DNA from: a virus
Strand: one strand, 5' to 3'
DNA length: 64,000 nt
IMG/VR virus record: IMGVR_UViG_3300027313_000002
Span: 13,293-77,292 of that record
Part shown: piece after piece, positions 1 to 9,296 of the stretch
Position numbering within the stretch: position 1 is the stretch's first letter
Layout of the letters: each line of letters starts with the position of its first letter
Notes under the pieces: generated by a model
Told to the model about the DNA's origin: nothing
The model's input: only the letters and a program-made list of their open reading frames with translations
The model's database searches: none
Position numbers and translations under genes: made by a program

Positions 1-367
1 GCACAGCACCACGATGGTACGGCCGAGCGCGGCCTCGGCAGTGCGCAGCCGGGCCTCGCCGACCTCGGTCAGGCCGTACCGGCGGCTGCCGTGAAGCGTG
101 CGGTACCCAGCCCAGCCCTTGCTCACCAGGCGCCGCGCCACGCGGTGCCACTGCACCGGGTGATCCGGGTCCGGCAGCCAGCGCTCGGCGGACAGCTCGG
201 TGATCAGGTGCATGCGGTGAATGCCGTCCGGCTGGCCAGGGGTCGGCTCGCGGCGCAGGGCCGAGGCATCGCGCAGCGCGCGGGCCAGGGCCAGCTCGTC
301 GGGGGTGAAGTGGCGCAGCGCCGCCTCGGTCATCTCGGTCTGGTACAGGCTCATGGTGCCGTCCCCC

Positions 368-568
368 TCACGCGCGCCAGCGCGCGAACTCGATGTCGCC
401 GGCCGACAGGGCCAGCCGAGCCATGCCCGCCGGGTCCTCGGCCGCGCCGTCGGCGATGGCGGCCAGGACCGAGCGGTACATCTCATCCTCCAGCCCGTGC
501 GCGTGCTCGTCGTCTGCCTTGTTGCGGGCCACCTCGTCCACCAGGCCCTGCACATCCTTGACGTTCAT
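368..568 (-). CDS. small hypothetical phage protein
   Basis: ATG at 568 after AGGGA; downstream of the promoter/operator at 623-636. Confidence 0.6.
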   Translation of the reverse strand: MNVKDVQGLVDEVARNKADDEHAHGLEDEMYRSVLAAIADGAAEDPAGMARLALSAGDIEFARWRA

Positions 569-622
569 GGCGCCGTCCCTTGCTCGGGGGTTGTCAGTAC
601 CCCTATATCCTCTCATACGGAC

Positions 623-636
623 TTGACTGGAGTCAA
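623..636. promoter_or_regulatory. palindromic operator TTGACTGGAGTCAA overlapping a minus-strand -35
   Basis: Same palindrome recurs at 4318, 6246/6261 and 8805. Confidence 0.7.
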
Positions 637-665
637 GCAGGCGGCGCGCCCTGGACGCGGGAATC

Positions 666-872
666 TCAGGTCACGCGGTACACCGGGCCGTCTGCCAGGC
701 GCAGCTCCTCATGCACGCGGTGAACCGGGCACCACGCCAGGCCGCCCAGGCCCGCGGCCCTGATCCGGCCCTCGACACCGGAGCGGGTCAGCCGGTAGCG
801 CTGCGCGATCACGCACGCCGAGAGGCCCTGCCGGTACAGCCCGGCCGCCTGCTCGCTGGTCAGCCTGGCCAT
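666..872 (-). CDS. small HTH DNA-binding protein
   Basis: LYRQGLSACVIAQRYRLTRSGVEGRI fits an HTH pattern. Confidence 0.6.
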   Translation of the reverse strand: MARLTSEQAAGLYRQGLSACVIAQRYRLTRSGVEGRIRAAGLGGLAWCPVHRVHEELRLADGPVYRVT

Positions 873-905
873 GGAAGGAGATTATTTCCTGCCGATGGTC
901 CGGGT

Positions 906-1382
906 ATGGCCACCACCCCGCTGCCGGGCGTCCCGGCGCCCGCGCAGCCCTCCCTCGGCGACCAGCTGCGCACCGCGGTCTCGCTCAACCCGGTCGCCGT
1001 CACCTGGGCGGTCAACACCGCCCTGGTGCTCGCCGCGGGGTTCGGCCTGCGGCTGGACCGGTCCCAGGCCGGCGCGATCACCACCGTGAGCACCTCCCTG
1101 GTCGCGGTGATCACCGCGCTGGCCGCCCGGCCGTGGTTCATCCCGGGCATCACCGGGGCCACCGCCGCGGTGCTGGCCGCGGCCTCGGCGTTCGGGCTGC
1201 ACGCCAGCGGCCCGCAGGTCAGCGCGCTGACCGCGGGCCTGTCCGCGGTGCTCATGCTGCTGACCCACCAGGCCGTGATCCCGGTGGCCGCGCACCGCCT
1301 CGGGCTGACCGCCGAGGACATCCTGCTCGGGAAGGTACCGCCCAACGGGCGCCACCACGCGCTGCCGATAGAGCAGGCATGA
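906..1382 (+). CDS. holin-like membrane protein
   Basis: Four hydrophobic segments in two repeats (NPVAV...AGFGL..SQAGAI); GCCGAT-N9-ATG start. Confidence 0.6.
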   Translation: MATTPLPGVPAPAQPSLGDQLRTAVSLNPVAVTWAVNTALVLAAGFGLRLDRSQAGAITTVSTSLVAVITALAARPWFIPGITGATAAVLAAASAFGLHASGPQVSALTAGLSAVLMLLTHQAVIPVAAHRLGLTAEDILLGKVPPNGRHHALPIEQA

Positions 1383-1951
1383 CACTGCTGCAGGCGGCGC
1401 CCGGTGACGTGCTGGCGGTCTGGACCTCGGCCAGCTGGGCCTCGGACGCGATCCGGGCCGGCGAGGCGCTGATGGGCAGGCCCGCCGTCGCCAACCACGT
1501 GGCCATCGTCACCCACCAGGACAGGCGCGGCCGGTGGATCGCGGTGCAGGGCGAGCCCGGCGGGGTCGGCCTGGTCGACGTCACCCCCTGGCTGCCGGAC
1601 TCCCGGACCCGGTCCAACCACGGCCAGCCCAAGCCGGACAACCGCGGCCAGCTGAGCACCCTGCTCGCCTCGGCCGCGAAGTCCGTCGGCATCGCCTATG
1701 ACTGGGTGGGCATCGCCGAGGACACCTGCCGGGCACTGCACCTGACCGACCTGAGCGAGGCGATCGACCCGCTGTGGCGCTGGCCCAGCGACCACAACCT
1801 GCTGCCCGGGCACGTGGTCTGCAGCTCGCTGGCGGCCATGCTGTACGACCTGCCCGAGGTCGGCTACGCGCACCCGGACCTGGGCGATGAGCGCAAGTGC
1901 ACCCCTGCCGACTGGTGGGACTTCAGTGACCGCCAGCTGTGGGCGAAGTGA
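1379..1951 (+). CDS. permuted papain-like amidase (YiiX/YebB type), possible lysin
   Basis: GDVLAV, NHVAIV, GIAYDW, VCSSLAA motifs; ATGA overlap with the holin-like gene. Confidence 0.7.
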   Translation: MTLLQAAPGDVLAVWTSASWASDAIRAGEALMGRPAVANHVAIVTHQDRRGRWIAVQGEPGGVGLVDVTPWLPDSRTRSNHGQPKPDNRGQLSTLLASAAKSVGIAYDWVGIAEDTCRALHLTDLSEAIDPLWRWPSDHNLLPGHVVCSSLAAMLYDLPEVGYAHPDLGDERKCTPADWWDFSDRQLWAK

Positions 1952-2811
1952 CCCCGGGCTAGCCCGGCCAGCCGTCCCGCTCCAGCTTCGCCAGGTCGCG
2001 GCGGACCTCGCGGCGGGCCTGCCAGGCCGGCCACCACCTGGTCGCAACCAGGACAGCCAGGATGCCGACGGCGAGCGTCACGGCCAGGCCCAGGGCCAGC
2101 GCCCAGGCCGGCAGCGGCGGCCCGGGTGGCGCACCCGCCGGCCACCGGGTCACGACGGCAGCTCCGGCTGAGGCGCGCGCTCCAGCTCCTTGAGGAACGC
2201 GGTCATCCGGGCCCCGGACAGCCAGCCGGTCTCCTTGGCCCGGATGGCCAGCCCGTGCAGCTCGCAGGCCCGGCCGATGTGCCCGGGCAGCGGCATCCCG
2301 GCGCGGCGCAGCGGGCCCGGGTTCGGGTGCCTGTCAGCCAGCCGGCGCAGCATCCACAGCGGCACCCAGGTCTCCTCCAGCAGGACGCCCTCCTCCCAGG
2401 CCGGGCGCCAGGCGGTCCTCACGTCCGGCCCCCGCGGGCCGAGTACCAGATGAGCCCGAGCCCGGCCACGGCACACAGCGACGCCATCACGGCCAGGCCC
2501 AGCGCCAGAGACATCACGAAGAGCGCCATCACGATGCCGCCGGACAGGTACAGCGGCCAGTCCTCCCGCCACGCCTGCCGGTCGAAGAACCAGGCCAGGA
2601 ACTGCCTCATCACGGGCGCCAGCGCATGGCATCGCCGGTCAGGACCTGGGACCGGCCGTCCAGGACGCACACGATCCAGGCGTAGACGGCCAGCTCCCAC
2701 CACGCAGGACGCACGCCCCAGGCCAGCGCGGCAGTGATCACCGCCGCGCACGCTAGCGAGACCGCCGACAGCGCCAGGCTGATCCGCGCCCAGCGCCGGG
2801 CCAGGAGCACC

Positions 2812-3309
2812 TCAGTCTCCCCTCGACGCGTCCCGCTCGCGCTCGGCCGCGCTGCGGAACGGCTCGCCGGTCTCGACCGGCGCCACCCAGGGCCCGGGAC
2901 CGGTATAGCCCGCGCGATCCCGGGCCGCGTCCGCGTGCGCCTCGCTGTCGTCGTCGGCCAGGTGCGGCACCGGCACGGGCGCCGGGTGCTCCCAGCCGGG
3001 GTGCCCGGTGACAGGCTCGCCCGACTCGTAGCGCTCGGCCAGCTCGACCAGGTGGACCACCGCGGCGTCCAGCTCGACGGCCAGCGGCGGGCGGCCGGGC
3101 CCGCGCTGGCAGATGGTCTCGATCCGGTTCCGCGCGGCCTGCTCGGCCACCTCGAACGCGTCCGCCTCCCGGCCGTGGCGGCCGGGCCCGCGGTACTCCG
3201 TGCGGAACCTGGTCAGGTAGGCGCAGGCGCGGTGCTCGTCGACGGCGATCAGGTAGACGTCCAGGCGGCCGGAGCCGCGGACCGTGCGGTCCAGGGTGTA
3301 CCACTCCAT
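2812..3309 (-). CDS. hypothetical protein
   Basis: Coupled ORF (TGATG overlap) with GC3-rich codons. Confidence 0.55.
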   Translation of the reverse strand: MEWYTLDRTVRGSGRLDVYLIAVDEHRACAYLTRFRTEYRGPGRHGREADAFEVAEQAARNRIETICQRGPGRPPLAVELDAAVVHLVELAERYESGEPVTGHPGWEHPAPVPVPHLADDDSEAHADAARDRAGYTGPGPWVAPVETGEPFRSAAERERDASRGD

Positions 3310-3668
3310 CAGGCCTCCTCATGCTCGCAGCCGGGCTCATCCAGCAGCAGCCCGCCGCTCAGCTGGCCCAGGTCATAACCGCGCTCGGCCTCGGCGGCCA
3401 GCGCCTCGAAGTCCGCATCGCCCATCAGCTTGCCGCGGGCGGTGATCAGCGCCTGCAGGGCCTCGCGCAGCGCGGCCTCGGTGCCCTGGTCCTCGCAGCC
3501 GGGCTCATCCAGCAGCAGCCCGCCGCGCAGCCGACCATACGGGCCGGCCATCAGGTCGCCCATCCGCCGGAAGAACGAGCCCTCGGCCTGGTCGGTGCAC
3601 GCATCATGCAGGCCGTCGATCAGCTGCGCCAGGTCCGGCACCGGGTCATAGCCGCGCGCTGCGGTCAT
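3309..3668 (-). CDS. hypothetical protein with an internal 35-bp duplication
   Basis: GGLLLDEPGCE occurs twice; identical DNA at 3324-3358 and 3492-3526. Confidence 0.55.
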   Translation of the reverse strand: MTAARGYDPVPDLAQLIDGLHDACTDQAEGSFFRRMGDLMAGPYGRLRGGLLLDEPGCEDQGTEAALREALQALITARGKLMGDADFEALAAEAERGYDLGQLSGGLLLDEPGCEHEEA

Positions 3669-3859
3669 CCCCCCGTCACCTCCAGGTGCTCGGCCACGTC
3701 CGCCGGCACGATGGCCGCGACGCGCCGGCCGTGGTCGGTCAGCCAGGTCACGCGGTCCTGGTCGCTGGCATTGTCGATGGCGTCGCGCAGCTGCTCCAGC
3801 CAGGCCTGCGTAACGTGCATCCCGAGCAGGTGCCCGACGTCCAGCGCGGTCCCGCTCAT
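3665..3859 (-). CDS. Phd/YefM-family antitoxin-like protein
   Basis: LRDAIDNA...VTWLTDHGRRVAAIVP motif. Confidence 0.7.
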   Translation of the reverse strand: MSGTALDVGHLLGMHVTQAWLEQLRDAIDNASDQDRVTWLTDHGRRVAAIVPADVAEHLEVTGG

Positions 3860-4260
3860 GATGCCGCCCACGCCTGCTCGCGGTCCCGGAACCAGGCGAT
3901 GCGGATGTGCCGGCTGGCCTCCCCGGCCAGCGCGACCGCCAGCTCCAGCACCCGGAGCATGGCCCGGGCCTCGGCCTCGCAGGCGGGCCCGTCCCGCATC
4001 GCCCAGGTGACCTCGGCGCCCGTGTCGCTGGCGCCCGGCTCGCCCGGGTCCGGCGTGGTGGTGATGACGACCCGGGCCTGCAGGCCGGGCACCGGCACGG
4101 GGTCCAGCGCGCCCGCGTTCACCGCGATGACGTCCACCTCGCGGTCGGCCAGCAGGGCGCCCAGCGCGGCCTCGAAGCCGGTCTCGTCCTCCTCGCCGCG
4201 GGGGGTCAGGTCCCGGCCGCCCCGGGCGATGATGCGGACCTTGTGCGGGTCATAGCTCAC
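3856..4260 (-). CDS. hypothetical protein
   Basis: GTG start with GGAGG RBS, downstream of the promoter at 4331. Confidence 0.55.
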   Translation of the reverse strand: MSYDPHKVRIIARGGRDLTPRGEEDETGFEAALGALLADREVDVIAVNAGALDPVPVPGLQARVVITTTPDPGEPGASDTGAEVTWAMRDGPACEAEARAMLRVLELAVALAGEASRHIRIAWFRDREQAWAAS

Positions 4261-4317
4261 GTGCTCGTGCCTCCCTGTTCCGGTGATGCGGTCACGGGGC
4301 CCATGATAGCGGGTCGC

Positions 4318-4331
4318 TTGACTGCAGTCAA
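4318..4331 (-). promoter_or_regulatory. sigmaA-like promoter TTGACT-N17-TATCAT with palindromic operator
   Basis: TTGACTGCAGTCAA perfect palindrome; minus-strand -10 TATCAT. Confidence 0.75.
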
Positions 4332-4712
4332 AGCCCGGGGCGCCGGGCGCGGCCGGGGACGGCGCAGCACCGGCCGGGCCAGTACCGCGAGCCCGGCCGC
4401 CATGGCCAGGGCGAACGCCGCGCCGGGCACGGCCATGCCGGGGCGGGCCAGCCCGGCGGCGGCCTCGGCGGCCAGGAACGCGCCGAGCGCGGCCAGGACC
4501 GCCAGGCCGGCGATGAGGACGGCGCGCATCACGGCCTCCGCTCCCGGACCGCCCAGTCGGTCAGCTCGGCCGCCGCGGGGGTCATTTCCTCCAGCGCCTG
4601 CGCCGGGAAGTCCTCCAGGCACCCGGTGTCGGTGAAGTCATCGGGCACCTCGACCGCATGCGTGCTCTTCCAGGTGCAGGTGACCTGCACGATCTTCATC
4701 GCGCCCTCCTCT

Positions 4713-5645
4713 CTAGAACGGGGGATTATTTCCCTGCGGGTCCGGGTCGTACGGCGGCGGCTTGGGGGCCCGCTTCGGGTGAGTGCCGCGGCACTCGCAG
4801 CCGCGGTCCCGGCACAGGTCGCAGCGCTTGTCCAGGCAGTCATTGCAGTGCGCGCGCAGCAGGTACCCGTAGCCGGCTGGCAGGACCCGGGTCTTCGGCA
4901 TCGGCGGGGCGCCGGGGGGCGGCGTGACCTGTCCGTTACCGTTGGGGGCGCGGGGCGGGCGGCTGCCATTGCCAGCCATCACGCGCGGCCGGGGGGAAGA
5001 CCGGCCGCGAGCGGGCCGCCCGCCCCGCGCCTTGCGGGCCCGGCTCACGCCGTGCGTGGTGCGCTGCACGCGCGCCCGGGCACCGAGGTAGCGGCGGCGC
5101 CGGAACGGCCACAGCAGCGCGGTGCCGTAGCCGGTGCAGCAGTCCTCGGCGATGTGCAGGCCCATGCCCAGCGCGATCATCCAGGCCAGCGCGCCCGGGT
5201 CCCGGGTCACCACGTACCAGGCGAGCCCGGCGCCGGCCAGCAGCGCGACCGGGCCCTGGCGGGCGAACCCGGTGGCGATCAGCCCGCCGGCGACCAGCAC
5301 CGCGAGGAACGCGCCGAACGCCCAGGCGGCCGGGCGGCAGTGCGCGACGCCCACGGTCCACAGGGCCAGGCCGGACAGCGCCGCGGTGACCGGGATGCTG
5401 TGCAGGCCCTGGCGGTGCCCGCCGAACGCGACCGCGGCCAGGTGGGACACGCCCCGGCTCAGCGGGCCCGCGGTCCAGGCGAACGTGGCGCGCGGGTGGT
5501 CGATGTCGGGGGCCAGCGCCAGCCCGCCGACGGCCAGCCCCTGCACCGCGGCCAGGGCCAGGTGATGCTGCCACGGGCCCGGGACGGCGAAGGCCAGGGC
5601 GGCGCCGGCGATCATGCCGCTCGCGGCGTGGGTGGTTCCCTCCAG
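4713..5645 (-). CDS. YdjM-like membrane metal-dependent hydrolase with C-terminal Cys cluster
   Basis: THAASG, LAPDIDHP, HRQGLHS, HIAED motifs; probable CTG start after GAGGGAG. Confidence 0.75.
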   Translation of the reverse strand: MEGTTHAASGMIAGAALAFAVPGPWQHHLALAAVQGLAVGGLALAPDIDHPRATFAWTAGPLSRGVSHLAAVAFGGHRQGLHSIPVTAALSGLALWTVGVAHCRPAAWAFGAFLAVLVAGGLIATGFARQGPVALLAGAGLAWYVVTRDPGALAWMIALGMGLHIAEDCCTGYGTALLWPFRRRRYLGARARVQRTTHGVSRARKARGGRPARGRSSPRPRVMAGNGSRPPRAPNGNGQVTPPPGAPPMPKTRVLPAGYGYLLRAHCNDCLDKRCDLCRDRGCECRGTHPKRAPKPPPYDPDPQGNNPPF

Positions 5646-5646
5646 C

Positions 5647-6168
5647 TCACACTCCCTCGTACAGGCCCAAGTCTGAATTGGTGAGCGCGAACTCGCCGAA
5701 GTGCCGCGGCGCCGCGTCGTCGTAGGCCCGTGCCGCGTCCCGCTCATCATCGAAGTACCCAAGATGCACATGCCGCCCGGCACACGTAAGGCCAGCTGCC
5801 CACCGGCCGGTCCGCGGGGTGAAGCTGACGCCCTTGAACCGGGACGACGCATTGGCGCGCTTGCGCTTGGCGGTGTTCGCCTGGTTCTGGCCATCGGCGG
5901 CCTCGCGCAGGTTGAGCCGCGTGTTGTTCAGCCCGTTGCGGTCCCGGTGATCCACCCGTGGCCAGCCCGTGATGAGCGTGTGCATGGCGATGTAGCGCGG
6001 CGAACGCCCGAGCGGGCGGCTGAACGAGCCCGGGACGTAGGCCACCGCGTACCACAGGCCGTTGCCCTTGCGATGAGCACACCAGGTGAACCCGGCGACC
6101 AGCGGCACGTCGGCCAGGTCGGCGAGGGCCGCCTTGCCCTGGCTGAGCAGGATGCTGACTGGTTCCAT
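5647..6168 (-). CDS. HNH-AP2 homing endonuclease
   Basis: VDHRDRNGLNNTRLNLR; SRFKGV...W.A...HLGYFDDERDAARAYD. Confidence 0.9.
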   Translation of the reverse strand: MEPVSILLSQGKAALADLADVPLVAGFTWCAHRKGNGLWYAVAYVPGSFSRPLGRSPRYIAMHTLITGWPRVDHRDRNGLNNTRLNLREAADGQNQANTAKRKRANASSRFKGVSFTPRTGRWAAGLTCAGRHVHLGYFDDERDAARAYDDAAPRHFGEFALTNSDLGLYEGV

Positions 6169-6245
6169 CGTTCTCCCGGTGCTCGCCGGCCCGGGACAGC
6201 GGCCGGCTCAGGTAGCTGGTGCGCAGCGGGGTTGCCATGCCCCCA

Positions 6246-6274
6246 TTGTCTCAAGTCAAGTTGACTCAAGTCAA
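6246..6274 (-). promoter_or_regulatory. tandem operator pair over promoter TTGACT-N18-GACAAT
   Basis: TTGTCTCAAGTCAA followed by TTGACTCAAGTCAA. Confidence 0.7.
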
Positions 6275-6451
6275 GTGCTGGCGTCCGATCCCCCGGATTC
6301 TTTTCCTGATTTCGGGTCGCCGGCAGGGTGGATGTGCTCCATCGACAAGCTGGCGTACTCGTCCCATGACTCGTGCAGCCAGCCCGGCTCGGGCTCGCCG
6401 GCCAGGTGCGCCACGCCGGCGCCCTCGGTCAGCCTCTCCACCGCCGGCCCC

Positions 6452-7630
6452 TCACAGCCGGTGCCCGAGGCGGAACCCGCCGGGCAGGCGGATGCTGCCG
6501 TACCAGCCCCGGCCGTAGGTGTAGTACAGGTTCGGGTGCGCGCCGTGCGCCCGGTAGTGCCGGCGGTGGCTGCGCGCCCCGCCGGCCAGGTGCGCCACGG
6601 CCAGCACGGCCAGCACCAGGCCCGCGATCACCAGACCTCCCATGGTCAGTTACCTCCTCAGTCCATCGGCAGCGGCGGCTCGCGCCAGCGGCGCGGGCCG
6701 AAGACGTAGGCCGCCCAGGCCGCCACGGCGACCGCCGCGGCCACCGTGGCCGGGAACGGCCAGAAGACATACCCGGCGGCCAGCGCGCCGGCCACCACGG
6801 CGGGCCCGGCCGACATCACCGCCCGGTACCAGGGCGGGCGGGCCAGCCAGCGGGCGTGGTGCCCGGTCGGGGAGGCGCCCAGCCAGCCGTGGTCGGCGCA
6901 GCCGTGCGCCACGGTCAGCCCGGCGGCCAGGATCACCAGCGCCAGCGCCCACCCGGTCACGGCACGGCCTGCTTCTGCTCCGCGGAGGCCTCCCAGCAGA
7001 TCCGGCACAGCCCGGCGTCCTGCCCGGCCCGCGGGTGACGGCCGCGGAACTGCGCGGCCACCACCGCCTCGCGCTGCCCGCAGTCGGTGCACCGCTCCGG
7101 GGGCTCCGGCGGCGCCGGGCGGCGCCAGGGCAGCCTCACGGGATCACCTCGAACTCGGTCATGTCCAGCGTGCCCGGGGCGTCATCGGGGCCCAGCGGCA
7201 CGCCGCGCAGCAGCGCCGGGCGATCCGGGCCCGGCAGGGCCGGGCGGGCGGGGGCCGGCCAGCGGTACGGCGGCGGGTCCGGCAGCGGCGCCGGCGAGGG
7301 AGCAGGCGGGCCGGACGGGTCCAGGCCGGCGGCGATGACCAGGTCGCGGTCCACGGGCGGCGCGCCGGGCGTGACCCGGAACCCGGGCAGCGGGGCCGGG
7401 CGGGGGACCCGGCGGGCACCGCGGCGCAGCGCGATGACGCCCCAGGCGAGCGCGCCGGCCGCCAGCGAGGCCTCGATCACGATCCCGGCCACCAGCGCCC
7501 GGACCACCCCGGCCGCGATCACCGTCCCGGCGAAGATGACCCCGCCGCCGATCAGGGCCCACGGGAAGCACTGCGCCGCCGCGCACTGGCGCGCGCACCA
7601 GGCCGCGTAGGCGGCATATGCCGCCCTCAC
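6452..7630 (-). other. run of small coupled membrane and Cys-containing proteins
   Basis: ORFs 6452-6643, 6658-6960, 6957-7139, 7136-7630, several with GTGA overlaps and hydrophobic segments. Confidence 0.5.
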
Positions 7631-7724
7631 GAGGCCCGCCCCCGGCGGCGGCGCAGCGCGGCCAGGGCCCGCGACAGGTCCGCGGCCAGGGCCCGGCCGG
7701 ACAGCTGCGCCCACGGGAAGGCGC

Positions 7725-8255
7725 TCACGAGGCCCGCCCCCGCTCCCGCTCGTCCAGCACGTCGGTGACGTGCGCGGGCAGGTCCATCCGGGCCACCTCG
7801 CGGCGCCAGCCGCCGCGGGACGCGCCGCGCCGGGCGCCGGAGGCCCGCCACTCCTCGTACCCGGCGGTGCCCTTGAGGTTCTCCAGGTCCAGCCGGTCGA
7901 TGAAGGTGAACTGGGTCAGCCGGGCCTGGTGCCGGTCCCGGCACGGGAACACCCGCACCTCGGCGATCCGGCCGGTCCCGCCGCCGTCCCCGCGCGGCCC
8001 GCCCGGGGCCAGCGGCACCCCGGCGCAGCCGTGCCTGCGCACCTTGGCGCCCAGGCGCTCCCACAGGTTCTCGGTCTCCCCGGCGTCGAACCAGCGGGTC
8101 GGCCGGCCGCCGCGCGGGGCGTCCTCGGCCAGCAGGTAGGCCCAGGCGCCCGGGCACAGCGCGAACCGCAGCCCGCCGAACACCGCGAACAGGTCCTCCG
8201 GGAACGCCAGCGGGGCCGCGGGCGGCGCCGCGGGCCGGTTCTTGCGGCCTCTCAC
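7725..8255 (-). CDS. hypothetical protein
   Basis: GAAGGAGG RBS, GTG start. Confidence 0.55.
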   Translation of the reverse strand: MRGRKNRPAAPPAAPLAFPEDLFAVFGGLRFALCPGAWAYLLAEDAPRGGRPTRWFDAGETENLWERLGAKVRRHGCAGVPLAPGGPRGDGGGTGRIAEVRVFPCRDRHQARLTQFTFIDRLDLENLKGTAGYEEWRASGARRGASRGGWRREVARMDLPAHVTDVLDERERGRAS

Positions 8256-8362
8256 GTAAATCCTCCTTCACGGGCGGCGCGGGGGGTGTCATTTTTTCCC
8301 GCGCCGGGCGGGCCCGGGCGGAAGATCTCCGGCCCGCGGCGGTCCCCGGGCCCGGGTGCTAG

Positions 8363-8438
8363 CAGTATGGCAGTACGGGCATGCCCGTACTGATAGCAGT
8401 ATGGCAGTACGGGCATGCCCTGCTGTATATCAGTACGG
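8363..8438. repeat. 8-bp CAGTAYGG repeats (5 direct, 1 inverted), clt-like locus
   Basis: Copies at 8363, 8371, 8397, 8405, 8431; inverted at 8385; 22-bp palindrome 8371-8392. Confidence 0.7.
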
Positions 8439-8804
8439 TCATGCCAGCGCGCTAGCGGCCCCGGCCCAGGCAGCGCTCGCACAGGTGCCGCTCGGTCACG
8501 CCGTCGTCCCAGGTGACGCTCAGGTGCACGCCCCGGTCCCGGGACCCGCAGCGCGGGCAGGTCCGGGCCGGGCGGGCCAGCCACATGCCCAGCGCCAGCG
8601 CGCCGAGGGCCGCCGCGGCCAGCGCCAGCGCGCCGCGATGCCCGGTGCCCAGCCCGGCCGCGAGCAGGGCCAGGGCGGGCACGGCCGCCAGCGGCACGGC
8701 GCGGACCATCCGGCGGTGCCGCCGCGCCACCGCGGCCGGGTCGTTCCTGCTGGTCATCGGGGCCTCCGGGGGGCTCGGGTACCCCTCCAGCATACCACGG
8801 GGGC

Positions 8805-8818
8805 TTGACTGGAGTCAA
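8805..8818 (-). promoter_or_regulatory. sigmaA-like promoter TTGACT-N18-TATGCT with operator
   Basis: TTGACTGGAGTCAA; extended -10 TGGTATGCT on the minus strand. Confidence 0.75.
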
Positions 8819-9296
8819 GGGGGGCGGGGGGCACTGAGCGGGGGGCCGGGGGCAGGGCGCAGGCCACCGCACAGCGCCGGCTGCCGGCTGACTATATATT
8901 TGCTCCGCTTCCGGCCCTGCAGGTGCCCGGGCAATCTCCCTGCAATCTCCCCCCCTTCCGCTGACCGGGGGGCGTACTGACGCTGACAGCATGACCTACG
9001 TGCACCCCCTGACGCCGGCCAGCGGGTCGCAGCTGGCCAGCCTCACCTCGGCGCCCCCGGTGTGCGGCCTCGGCTCTCCGGTCATCAGGCCGGGGGTCCA
9101 GTCGGCGCCGTTCGGATTTGAGAAGTTCACGGATGTCCTCCCTTGACGTGGCCCGCGCTGGCTGCCGCGGCGTTCACGGCCTCCCCCAGGCGGGCGATGA
9201 GATGGCCTGCGGCCTGGCCCGCGCCGTGCGGGTCCCGGGCCGCCAGGACCAGGACGGCCGCCGCGGCAGCGGCCAGGGCCAGGTGCGCGAGCGCGG

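Noticed and set aside
1-355. Programmed frameshift in the first gene
   Set aside because: The frame break near 240-250 has no TTA or slippery site; more likely a mutation or assembly indel, which is also a caveat for the TTA findings
8360-8445. CRISPR array
   Set aside because: Only two long units, with no spacer-length unique sequence and no cas genes
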